The notes: generated by a model not told the origin, from the letters alone. A stretch of DNA of 64,000 bases from an uncultured Nitrospiraceae bacterium (GCA_947085205.1 CAMTVO010000001.1:27142-91141), one strand, 5' to 3'; positions 19,444 to 28,084 are shown, numbered from the stretch's first letter. Numbers and translations are program-made.

Positions 19444-20073
19444 ATGAAAAACGCACAGACCAGAAAAGATTCATGGTTCAGGGGGCAAGCCGGTTTTACC
19501 CTCATCGAACTGGCAATAGTGCTTGTGATAATCGGAATCATCATCGGGGCAGTGCTTAAGGGGCAGGATTTGGTCGAGAACGCAAGGCACAAGAGGCTTG
19601 CTTCGGAGATTAAACAGTGGGAAACCCTCATATGGACATATTTAGACAGGGAAAAGAGGTTTCCGGGAGACGGTGATAGAGATGGAACCATTGGAAATGG
19701 AGTCACTGAAAACCCCAAAGCTGACTTCGCAGCCGCAGATTTTGCTACCATACCTTCTAGCGATCCCATTATTATGGGTTCTTTAACCTTTTATATCTAC
19801 TTCGGCAATGCCGGCTCAAAGAAAAATGCAATTATCGTTTGCCGTGATGCAAATTGTACCACCGGATTTGTAGATGTTGAAGAACTTAATTATGCAAAAT
19901 CCTTTGACGGTGTGATTGATGAGGTTGTGAGCGGAACAGCCGGCAGGGTTCAGGGATTTCTCGGCGCAACTGCAGATTCAGCCAAATGGAAGGCAACATT
20001 AACGGCTGCCAGCACTACGGCTTATACATCTGCTATGAAGGCTTTCGCTTACTTCTTTGACAGAAAGCTATAG
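19444..20073 (+). CDS. Type IV pilin (paralogue 2)
   Basis: AG|FTLIELAIVLVIIGIIIG; same length and shared termini with paralogue 1. Confidence 0.92.
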   Translation: MKNAQTRKDSWFRGQAGFTLIELAIVLVIIGIIIGAVLKGQDLVENARHKRLASEIKQWETLIWTYLDREKRFPGDGDRDGTIGNGVTENPKADFAAADFATIPSSDPIIMGSLTFYIYFGNAGSKKNAIIVCRDANCTTGFVDVEELNYAKSFDGVIDEVVSGTAGRVQGFLGATADSAKWKATLTAASTTAYTSAMKAFAYFFDRKL

Positions 20074-20118
20074 CAATCAAGTGAGCAGTAAGCAGTGAGC
20101 AGTGAACAGAGAGCAGAG

Positions 20119-20145
20119 AAGGGAGGCAGCCGCCTCCCTTTTTTT
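20119..20145 (+). terminator. Rho-independent terminator after the pilin pair
   Basis: GGGAGGC-AGCC-GCCTCCC followed by T7. Confidence 0.85.
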
Positions 20146-20149
20146 GTTT

Positions 20150-20178
20150 TTGACAAGCCCTTCTGGTTTTGATATGCT
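20150..20178 (+). promoter_or_regulatory. Putative sigma70 promoter
   Basis: TTGACA-N17-TATGCT. Confidence 0.55.
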
Positions 20179-20211
20179 ATTAACATGCAGCGCTTATTTT
20201 GGAGGGCAGGG

Positions 20212-20604
20212 ATGAAGAGATTGTCTTTTATTATTGCTTTTGTTCTTCTGGTTAGCATTGCCAATTTCTCTTTTGCAAAAGAAGTCTCATTCACTCAGGA
20301 CGACAGGGACAGACTCATAAGGCTTGAGACGAAACTTGAGGCTTTTGAAAAAAGTGTTGACAAGCGTCTTGAATTCATGCAGAACCTTATGATAGGCATG
20401 CTTGCAGTGTTTGGCGGTCTTTGCGGTGTGTTTGTGGGACTTCTTCTCTGGGACAGAAAGACATTCAAAGAAAAGGCAAAGGAAGAGGCGATGAGGGAGC
20501 TTGAGAAGAAGTGGAGAATAGGGGACTGGATAGAGGCTTTTAAGGAATATGCAAAGTCCAATAAAGAATTGGCAGAGATATTGAAAAAGTGCCATTTGTT
20601 GTAG
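20212..20604 (+). CDS. Hypothetical coiled-coil membrane protein with signal peptide
   Basis: Signal peptide, DRLIRLETKL coil and one TM; RBS GGAGG before ATG 20212. Confidence 0.7.
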   Translation: MKRLSFIIAFVLLVSIANFSFAKEVSFTQDDRDRLIRLETKLEAFEKSVDKRLEFMQNLMIGMLAVFGGLCGVFVGLLLWDRKTFKEKAKEEAMRELEKKWRIGDWIEAFKEYAKSNKELAEILKKCHLL

Positions 20605-22448
20605 AGGAAGTAGGGACAGGAGAAAATCAGGGTCAGTTAAACCCTAAGCGTTTTTTATTGCCCATCCTATCAATAACCTTTCTTTTTATCATGCACATTT
20701 TTCTTCCGAATGTCGGAGGGGCGATTGCACACCAAAGGGAATACATAATATGGATTGCGATAGGCACAATAGTATTCCTTGGAATATTGAATGTCGTTAT
20801 GAAAAGGCAATTGGCGGAATCTCCCCTCAGGATGTACTTCCTCTTGTTTGTTGTATTGCTTTTTTTAAGCAGCATATTCAATCCCATCAAAAACATGGAT
20901 CTTTTCATTACAAACTCTGCCCGGCTTGTTGCCGGAATCCTCCTATGGCTTGCCCTCCTTCAATTCGATTTAACCCGCAGAGAAAAAATCTCCATTCTGT
21001 TCCTGATATTCATTTCTGCGGTTATAGAATCGGTTATAGGCATTATGCAGTTCTTCGGACTTTATCAATATATTCCCATCACTCCTGCGCCTGATGTTGG
21101 AATGGTCGGCGGGGTGTTTCAGCAGAAGAACCTCTTTGCTTCGTGGATAGCAACAGGATTGATTATCAGCCTTTACCTTATAACTACCGATAGGTTTGAA
21201 TCTTACAAAAGAAAAAAGAGAATGCTCTTTCTTGCAAGTATAGGCATCCTGTCTTTAAGTCTTATTATCGCCGGCTCAAGGACAGGGCTTTTGGGCGCTG
21301 CGCTCGCAATGGCAGTAATCCTGACAATGATGTGGAAACAATACTCTGCAGCAAAGAGGCATTTGATTGTCTGGCTTCTGGTCTTTTTTATCGGCACGGC
21401 AGGGGGCTTTTATTTATTGAGTATAAAAGATAAGCTGGGCATAAAAAAACTCGCGACAAGACAAATAGCGTGGTTTTCGGATACCCAGCAGGCATCTTAT
21501 ACACACCGCATTTTAATGGCAAAGACATCTTTAGAGATGTTCGGAGAAAAGCCGTTATTCGGTCAGGGATTTTCTAATTTCGGCAGTTTTTACATGTATT
21601 ATCAGGGAAAGATTGCAAAATCTGAGCCAAAATACAAAGAAGTAATTGGTGATTACACTTCACACCCCCATAACGAACTCTTTTTGATAATCTCAGAAAG
21701 CGGCATCGCCGGAGCGGCGGCTATTTTAATCGTAATATATGGATTTTTAAAGGTGGTTATGAGACTCGGCAATGAGCGTGCCGGCTTATACATAGCGCTT
21801 CTAATGCCTCTCGTTGTCCACATGCTCGTGGAATATCCTTTGCAGCTTTCAACCGCGCATTATCTTTTATTTGTGATACTAATTTATATGGCATCATCAC
21901 ATTCTATAAATGCAGCGCAATTGAAACTGTCTCCATTCATGGCTAAATCGGCTGTTATAATATTCTCCGGCATTTACATGGTTTTCCTGGCATATGCGCT
22001 TATGACCTTTAATGCATATAACGGTCTTGTAAGATGGTATATAGATTATACGGAAACAGGCAGGGCCAAGGACAAAGATATACTGCCTTCGACTAAAAAT
22101 CTGTATCTCAGAAACTGGGCAATACCAATGTATATGTTTACAAGGTCTGAAGAAGCTGTAAAGGATGTGGAGAAAAATAAAGATTTTCTGAATGATTTTC
22201 TGAAATGGAGCAATCACGAGAAAAAGCGTCTGCCCGTATTCCCGGTTTTTTACTATGACGCAAATGTCCTGCTTGCTATGGGAATTCACTATAAGCAGCA
22301 CGCATATTTTGACGAGGCCATGAAGACCGTTGAACAAGGGCTTTTGCTGTATCCGAACAATGAAGACCTGAAGAAGCTGAAACCAAGAATAGTCTCTGAG
22401 GCGTTTAAGGCGATTTTTCAGGGAGGACAACAGAAGACCAAATCCTGA
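20589..22448 (+). CDS. O-antigen-ligase-family (Wzy_C) O-oligosaccharyltransferase, probable pilin glycosylation enzyme (PglL-like)
   Basis: Multi-TM; GVFQQKNLFAS, SRTGLLG, KPLFGQG and HPHNE; adjacent to pilins. Confidence 0.85.
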   Translation: MPFVVEEVGTGENQGQLNPKRFLLPILSITFLFIMHIFLPNVGGAIAHQREYIIWIAIGTIVFLGILNVVMKRQLAESPLRMYFLLFVVLLFLSSIFNPIKNMDLFITNSARLVAGILLWLALLQFDLTRREKISILFLIFISAVIESVIGIMQFFGLYQYIPITPAPDVGMVGGVFQQKNLFASWIATGLIISLYLITTDRFESYKRKKRMLFLASIGILSLSLIIAGSRTGLLGAALAMAVILTMMWKQYSAAKRHLIVWLLVFFIGTAGGFYLLSIKDKLGIKKLATRQIAWFSDTQQASYTHRILMAKTSLEMFGEKPLFGQGFSNFGSFYMYYQGKIAKSEPKYKEVIGDYTSHPHNELFLIISESGIAGAAAILIVIYGFLKVVMRLGNERAGLYIALLMPLVVHMLVEYPLQLSTAHYLLFVILIYMASSHSINAAQLKLSPFMAKSAVIIFSGIYMVFLAYALMTFNAYNGLVRWYIDYTETGRAKDKDILPSTKNLYLRNWAIPMYMFTRSEEAVKDVEKNKDFLNDFLKWSNHEKKRLPVFPVFYYDANVLLAMGIHYKQHAYFDEAMKTVEQGLLLYPNNEDLKKLKPRIVSEAFKAIFQGGQQKTKS

Positions 22449-22526
22449 TTAACCGAAAAATAGAGATAGAAAGTTGTCATTCCTCTCAACCCCCTCCCCT
22501 TGCGGGAGGGGGCGAGGGGGAGGGGT
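22449..22526. repeat. MITE-like end followed by a GC-rich REP-like hairpin
   Basis: taaccgaaaaatagagatagaaagttgtcattcc resembles 58705-58771; followed by cccctccccttgcgggaggggg hairpin. Confidence 0.7.
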
Positions 22527-22625
22527 AACCTTCTGTTCACACATAACGCATAACGCATTACGGGAAAAGGCTTTACGTGTTTTAATGCTTATTTTATAGT
22601 ATAATAACCAAAAGACAGGCGAGGG

Positions 22626-22859
22626 GTGAGAATAATGGAAGCATTGGAGATTAAATCGACAAAAGACAGAATGATAATATCTATTGATAAGTCCTCTATT
22701 GACAGCGACTATATCATAGAACTCATGGAACGGTTGAAAGTTGAAACCCTTGCTAAAAAGGTCGATTTCAATAAGGGGATATTGAAGCTCGCCGATGAAA
22801 TAAAAAAGAAGTGGTGGAAAGAAAATAAAGATGAGTTTTTAGAGGTTGCAGCAGGGTGA
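22626..22859 (+). CDS. Putative antitoxin for the downstream PIN protein
   Basis: 77 aa; GTGA overlap with the PIN gene. Confidence 0.6.
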   Translation: MRIMEALEIKSTKDRMIISIDKSSIDSDYIIELMERLKVETLAKKVDFNKGILKLADEIKKKWWKENKDEFLEVAAG

Positions 22860-23257
22860 AAGTTGTTGTTGGTGCGGGTGTAGTTTTTTCATCGCTTTTA
22901 TCCGAGTCAGCAGGACAGAGGAAAATACTTTTTAATAAAGAATATAAATTCTACTCGCCTAATTTTGTATTTCTTGAAATATTCAAGCATAAAGAAAAAA
23001 TCTTAAAACATACAAAGACATCTGAAGCGGAAGTGTACGAATATCTTATTTTTGTTTTGCAAAGGATACACTTTATAAATGAAGAAATCATTTCTGTTGA
23101 GAACCGCAGGGTCGCCTATGAACTGTGTAAAGACATAGATAAAAATGATACGCCTTTTGTCGCGTTAGCTTTAGAACTGGGCGCATGGTTATGGAGCAGC
23201 GATAAAAAGTTGATAAAAGGTTTGCAGAAAAAAGGTTTTGACAGATTTTTTAAATAG
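22856..23257 (+). CDS. PIN-domain (VapC-like) protein lacking the first catalytic Asp
   Basis: KDIDKNDTPFVALAL and LWSSDKKL; N-terminus VVVGAGVVFS instead of VVD(T/A)N(I/V). Confidence 0.8.
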   Translation: MKVVVGAGVVFSSLLSESAGQRKILFNKEYKFYSPNFVFLEIFKHKEKILKHTKTSEAEVYEYLIFVLQRIHFINEEIISVENRRVAYELCKDIDKNDTPFVALALELGAWLWSSDKKLIKGLQKKGFDRFFK

Positions 23258-23317
23258 GCAAATTTCCAAGCGGCATAAATGGATTGTAATGAAAGGTGAG
23301 TTTGAAGGCAATTCAAA

Positions 23318-23415
23318 ATGAAAGAAAAAATCAAAAAACCGCTCACAGCTCACGGCTCACGGATTCAAAGGGCTTTACTCTCATCGAACTGGCGATGGTG
23401 CTGGGGATAGATTAA
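23318..23415 (+). pseudogene. Truncated, frameshifted prepilin N-terminus
   Basis: Reads DSKG|FTLIELAMVLGID* (GFT at 23371); ATG 23318 is out of frame; DNA resembles the starts of the 18747 and 23904 genes. Confidence 0.8.
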
Positions 23416-23437
23416 CAGTTTTAAACTATAAACGGAG

Positions 23438-23695
23438 GTGATAGATATGTTGACAGAATACATACAGAAGGCAATGGAGAATGCCCATTATGAAATCATA
23501 GAGGATGAAGGAACATTCTGGGGCGAGATACCGGGCTTTCAGGGAGTATGGGCTAAAGCAGAAAGTCTTGAACAATGCAGAGAATCTTTGCGCGAGGCAT
23601 TAGAAGAATGGATTGTTTTCAGGCTGAAAAATAATCTTGATTTGCCTGTCATAGAGGAGATAGACTTTAATGTGGTGGAAAAAGTAGCCCGATGA
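23438..23695 (+). CDS. hicB: HicB-family antitoxin
   Basis: LTEYIQKAM..AHYE...GEIPGFQGVWA...LE.C...L.EALEEW. Confidence 0.88.
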   Translation: MIDMLTEYIQKAMENAHYEIIEDEGTFWGEIPGFQGVWAKAESLEQCRESLREALEEWIVFRLKNNLDLPVIEEIDFNVVEKVAR

Positions 23696-23907
23696 AACTG
23701 TCGCCGGTAAGCTGGAGGGACTTTGTATCAAGGATGAGAGAGCTTGGATTTGAAGGCCCGTTTTTTGGAGGAAAACATCCGAAGATGAGAAAAGGTGACT
23801 TAACAATTATAATTCCCAACAAGCATGAGTCTGAAATTAGTATAGGGTTTTTGAAAAGACTTTTAAAACAAGCAGGCATTACGGAAGAAGAATGGCTTTC
23901 AAAATGA
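23692..23907 (+). CDS. hicA: HicA-family toxin
   Basis: LGFEGP..GGKH..M...IIPNKH..EI..G.L.R.LKQAGI. Confidence 0.88.
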   Translation: MKLSPVSWRDFVSRMRELGFEGPFFGGKHPKMRKGDLTIIIPNKHESEISIGFLKRLLKQAGITEEEWLSK

Positions 23908-25925
23908 CGCAAAAAATCAAATTAGTTGATAGGCTCATGGCTCATGGCAGAAACCACAATAAACAATCAGCTATGAACTATGAGCTATCAGCTATGAGCC
24001 AGAGAGGCTTTACCCTTATTGAACTGGCAATGGTGCTGGTGGTGATAGGGCTGCTCATTGGACTTGGTGCAAGCCTTATAGGCCCTTTGACTAAAAGGGC
24101 AAAGCTGATTGAGACGAGAGAGACGGTCAAAGCTGTATATGAATCAATATTAGGATATGCTGCTGCCAATAAAAGATTGCCTGCTGACTTATCTGTTCTC
24201 GGCATAAAGACAATAGACGCCTATACACGCCCTTTGCAATATTTCAGGGCTGACGCACTTGTGACAAATAACCTCTGCACTTCTGCAGCTACATACTTTA
24301 CTGTTAATGACAGCAGCAGTGGGACTCTTCAGACAAAGAGCAATGTCGCGTTCATAGTCTTTGCCGAAGGAGATAACAGAACTAACAACACAGGATCAAC
24401 CTCTCCATTTACTATAAAAGAACAAGGAGTGGACGACTATGATGATATTGTAATGTATGTGGATATCGATAAGCTCAGAAGTCAGATATGCACCTCTTTC
24501 CGTATAACTACGGAGACACTGCCAATAGGGACAGAGGAGATACCGTATCCTCTCTCAACGACATTAGAGGCTACTGATGGCACACCCTCGTACACGTGGG
24601 GTATACAATCGGGTTTATTACCACCTGGGTTAAGTTTGTCATCTGCTGGTATTATTTCAGGCACACCAACAGCAGATGGAAGCTATAATTTTACGGTTCG
24701 TGTGTGTGATAACGATGATACTAATCCACCAAACGATTGTCCTCCCACTACTAATAAAGATAGATTGGCAACAAAGAGCCTGACCATAACAATAAACCCC
24801 AACAAGCCACGGATAACCACAGAGTTTTTGAATTATGGGACGGTAAACCAAAGCTATGCGGCTACACTAAGTGCAACAGGTGGTCTGTCGCCTTATTCGT
24901 GGAATATTCCTTCAGGTCTTCCACCAGGCCTTACATTGAGAGATACGGGAACATGCGGTTCGTTTACCTGTACGGCTTCAACACCATGCATCTGTGGGAC
25001 TCCAACAACAGCAGGTACTTTTACTTTCACTCCGACCGTTACAGATAACCGTTCAAGAACAGCATCAAAAACCTTATCTATTGCTATAAATGCCGCTGCC
25101 GCTGCGGGTTCACCAACATGCAGTCTTTCGGCAAATCCAAGTTCTATGCCAACAGCAGGGACGAGTGTCCTAACATGGTCTATCAATAACGGGCCTGCGA
25201 CAGGAACATGGAGTTCTCCTCCAGGCGGAACGTGTCCATCGCCGGTTCCAAGCGGAAGCGGTGGAAGCTGCACAACCGGAACAATCTCAACAACTACGAC
25301 ATTCACTCTTACCGTTACAAATGCGCAAGGCAGCAGTAGCTGCTCTGCGACTGTTTTTGTCGGCACACCTCCCGGTCCGGCTCCATCCTGCACATTGGAG
25401 GCGAGTCCGAATCCAGTTACAATTGGAAATCCTACAACACTTATATGGACAATAAACAATGGACCTGCAAATGGAACATTTTCACCATCAAGCGGGACAT
25501 GCACAGGCTTTTCAAATTCTTATGGAGGCAACTGTACAACAGGAAACATAAACGCTGACACTACTTTTCAGCTTTCAGTAACTAATTCCAATGGCACTGG
25601 TCTGTGTGCAACAAGGGTATATACAACTTCGCAGGATTTTTGTACAGCATTAACTGTCAGAAATGACCCCACCGGAAGCACTATCTATGTAAAAGGCGGA
25701 CAGTATGGCACAACCTGCACGCGTGTGAGAACTAACAGGACATTCAGGATAAATTACTCGGATACAAGCCCTGTTACTTTATGGCAGAACAGCACTTGCA
25801 CATCAAATCCGCAGGACATTAAGAGTATTACATATAACGATGCGGTGAGCGCTGATGGTAATAAAAACTGTGCAGTGGCGATAAATGATACGGATACAAA
25901 TGATTGGGAACTTGTTGATGAATAA
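23904..25925 (+). CDS. Large pilin-like adhesin with prepilin N-terminus and Ig-like repeats
   Basis: RG|FTLIELAMVLVVIGLLIG; two LPPGL/GTPT Ig-like repeats; two Cys-containing CSLSANP/CTLEASP repeats; start 23892 or 23904. Confidence 0.85.
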   Translation: MTQKIKLVDRLMAHGRNHNKQSAMNYELSAMSQRGFTLIELAMVLVVIGLLIGLGASLIGPLTKRAKLIETRETVKAVYESILGYAAANKRLPADLSVLGIKTIDAYTRPLQYFRADALVTNNLCTSAATYFTVNDSSSGTLQTKSNVAFIVFAEGDNRTNNTGSTSPFTIKEQGVDDYDDIVMYVDIDKLRSQICTSFRITTETLPIGTEEIPYPLSTTLEATDGTPSYTWGIQSGLLPPGLSLSSAGIISGTPTADGSYNFTVRVCDNDDTNPPNDCPPTTNKDRLATKSLTITINPNKPRITTEFLNYGTVNQSYAATLSATGGLSPYSWNIPSGLPPGLTLRDTGTCGSFTCTASTPCICGTPTTAGTFTFTPTVTDNRSRTASKTLSIAINAAAAAGSPTCSLSANPSSMPTAGTSVLTWSINNGPATGTWSSPPGGTCPSPVPSGSGGSCTTGTISTTTTFTLTVTNAQGSSSCSATVFVGTPPGPAPSCTLEASPNPVTIGNPTTLIWTINNGPANGTFSPSSGTCTGFSNSYGGNCTTGNINADTTFQLSVTNSNGTGLCATRVYTTSQDFCTALTVRNDPTGSTIYVKGGQYGTTCTRVRTNRTFRINYSDTSPVTLWQNSTCTSNPQDIKSITYNDAVSADGNKNCAVAINDTDTNDWELVDE

Positions 25926-25958
25926 AAAATTATCTAGATTAACAAAAAAATGGGACGG

Positions 25959-26077
25959 CAGGCTGTCCCAAAATACCAAATTGCCGTTGAGTCACATCAA
26001 TATATTGTAGTTACTCAATTTATTGAGCCTATATATTGTGCCTGATAAATCAGACGACCACATTTTGGGACAGCCTG
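25959..26077. mobile_element. MITE with perfect 16-bp TIRs and 4-bp ACGG target duplication
   Basis: CAGGCTGTCCCAAAAT ... ATTTTGGGACAGCCTG, flanked by acgg on both sides. Confidence 0.8.
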
Positions 26078-26109
26078 ACGGTTCCCTTTATATAAATATC
26101 TCTTTTTTA

Positions 26110-26308
26110 CCCGAAAAATGCAATTGAACGCTAATCATGAGCAGGCATGGGTGGATAAAAGGCTTTACCATCGCCACCTTTGTAAGACATTTATAAAACT
26201 ATCAATAGGCTAAAAATATCCCCGCGTATGTGACAATTCAGATAAACCAAATTGCGATTTGTAAAGACTTTTAGACAACTATACCTGCTCATAAATGCAT
26301 TTTTTGGA
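26110..26308. mobile_element. ~200-bp MITE-like element with long asymmetric inverted arms
   Basis: aaaaatgca/tgcattttt, atgagcagg/cctgctcat and aaaaggctttac/gtaaagactttt pairs; left arm matches 46033-46106 inverted at 70/74. Confidence 0.75.
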
Positions 26309-26356
26309 TTTAGGGCATCTTAAATTACCAGTAGAGAATTCTGGTATAATTAATTC

Positions 26357-26756
26357 ATGAGGAAAATTACTTTGAAATGGTTAAAGCAAGCAGAAGCAGA
26401 TCTTAAGGCTGCAAAGGACAGCCTTGATGACGGGAATTATGAATGGAGCTGCTTCCAATCACAACAAAGCGGCGAAAAGGCATTGAAGGCATACCTTTAT
26501 GAAAAAAGGATACACATCAATTATGACGCACATGTTAAAGGAACTTGTGAAGGAATGCTCAAAACTTGATGAGTCATTTAATGCGGTAATGAAAGATGCA
26601 AGGAATCTTGATATGTTTTACATTCCTACAAGGTATCCCAACGGACTTGGTGGGGACCTTGCTCCAACTGAGTTTTATGAAAAGGAGGATGCTGAAAAAT
26701 GTATAAGCTCTGCCGAATTGATATTGAGCACAGTAAAGAGCTTATTGATAAAATAA
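26357..26756 (+). pseudogene. HEPN-domain protein, frameshifted in an A6 run at 26502-26507
   Basis: N-half WLKQAEADL...CFQSQQSGEKALKA and C-half YIPTRYPN lie in different frames; deleting one A fuses them. Confidence 0.85.
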
Positions 26757-27031
26757 GGAATTTTGTCGGCGAGCTAAAAAGGACACTCCCTGTGAAAGAT
26801 GTTTATCTATATGGTTCTTTTGCTAAAGGCGAGATTCATGAAGGTAGCGATATAGACCTGCTTATTATAGGTGACTTCAAAGAGAGATTTTTTGAGCGTA
26901 TAGGAAAAATCCTCGACCTTACGGACCTCCCTATCGAACCAATCGTATATACTACTGAAGAATTTGAAGAACTTAAGAATTCCCAAACCCCATTTATTAT
27001 AGAAGCGCTTAAAACAGCTATAAGGCTTTAG
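26699..27031 (+). CDS. Minimal nucleotidyltransferase (MNT antitoxin)
   Basis: LYGSFAKG....SDIDLLI; overlaps the HEPN gene. Confidence 0.9.
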   Translation: MYKLCRIDIEHSKELIDKIRNFVGELKRTLPVKDVYLYGSFAKGEIHEGSDIDLLIIGDFKERFFERIGKILDLTDLPIEPIVYTTEEFEELKNSQTPFIIEALKTAIRL

Positions 27032-27107
27032 CTCCCATAACTACCCTCTCCTTCCCAAAACTCTATCTTTCTGATATACTTTTTTATAATCCTCAAGGAG
27101 GTGTGCC

Positions 27108-27890
27108 ATGCTTGTAATCGCTGAAAATCTTAACACAAGAAACAAGGCTTATATGGAGGCTGTTAAGAACCGGGACAAAAAGGCCATAGAATCACTGGCT
27201 AAGACACTTGCTGAAAGGGGTGCGGATTTAATTAATGTCCAGTGCTCCCTTGACGGCATTGGCGATGAGGAAATACTTCCATTGGTGGCAGAGGCCGTAC
27301 AGACGGTGGCAGACCTGCCCATATGTCTTGATTCAAGGAATGCAGAGGCGCTGAAAAAGGCGCTTACAGTATGCAAAGAGACTCCTTTGATAAATTACCT
27401 TTCGGCAGACGAAAAAAGTGCAGATGAAATACTCAGCCTTGTAAACAGATACAAAGCCAATCTCATAATCAGGGCATTGAAAGGGACTGTGCCGACAAGT
27501 CTTGAGGCTAAGCTTCTTATTTTGGAGGATTTAATAGAAAAGGCGAATGCTGCTGATATCCCGAATGAAAGACTTTTTACAGACCCTTCTGTTGTGCATA
27601 TAGGCGGCGGTATGGGGCAGGAACATCTCCTGAATACCCATGAATGCATTATGGCGCTCAATGAGATGGTTGACCCTCCGATAAATACCATTGCATGGAT
27701 TTCGAATGTATCAACAGGTCTGCAGAAGAAGTTAAAATCCCATGTGAATGCAGGATTTCTCTATTATCTTGCCGGAGCAGGACTTGATGCAGCAATGGTG
27801 GATGTGACAGATGAAGAGGTGATGAAAGCAGTATATTTGATCAGGGCATTCAGGGACGAAGTTGTATTTTCTCCGGCGGATATTTCGTAA
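27108..27890 (+). CDS. Pterin-binding methyltransferase (AcsE/DHPS-like fold)
   Basis: Motifs IAENLN, GADLINV, LPICLDS, LINY, DP and SNVS.G. Confidence 0.75.
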   Translation: MLVIAENLNTRNKAYMEAVKNRDKKAIESLAKTLAERGADLINVQCSLDGIGDEEILPLVAEAVQTVADLPICLDSRNAEALKKALTVCKETPLINYLSADEKSADEILSLVNRYKANLIIRALKGTVPTSLEAKLLILEDLIEKANAADIPNERLFTDPSVVHIGGGMGQEHLLNTHECIMALNEMVDPPINTIAWISNVSTGLQKKLKSHVNAGFLYYLAGAGLDAAMVDVTDEEVMKAVYLIRAFRDEVVFSPADIS

Positions 27891-28084
27891 TACAAATAAT
27901 ACATTTATGACAGGTATGCATACGGAAAAAAGCCTTGCAAATGCACAATTTGGTTTTAATAAATATGCAGTTCTTTATCCACTAAAGAACGATTGCTTAA
28001 AAGCGTATAAATGTCTTACAACGGTGGTGCTTGTAAATCTTTTTACCGAACGCATACCTGTCATTCTCAACTGGAGATTAGAAT

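Noticed and set aside
26137..26196. Mini-ORF MSRHGWIKGFTIATFVRHL* as a third prepilin-leader remnant before HEPN-MNT
   Set aside because: It lacks Glu+5 and a hydrophobic helix. The sequence is part of the arm of the 26110-26308 fold-back element and recurs at 46033 away from any pilin.
26499..26510. Programmed -1 frameshift at A_AAA_AAG in the HEPN gene
   Set aside because: The codons read GAA AAA AGG and the downstream ORF is in the +1 frame, so the classic -1 slippery geometry does not fit.
17908..27031. Classical integron cassette array or diversity-generating retroelement
   Set aside because: No integrase or reverse transcriptase is present, no RYYYAAC...GTTRRRY attC sites were recognised, and no TR/VR pair differing only at adenines was seen.
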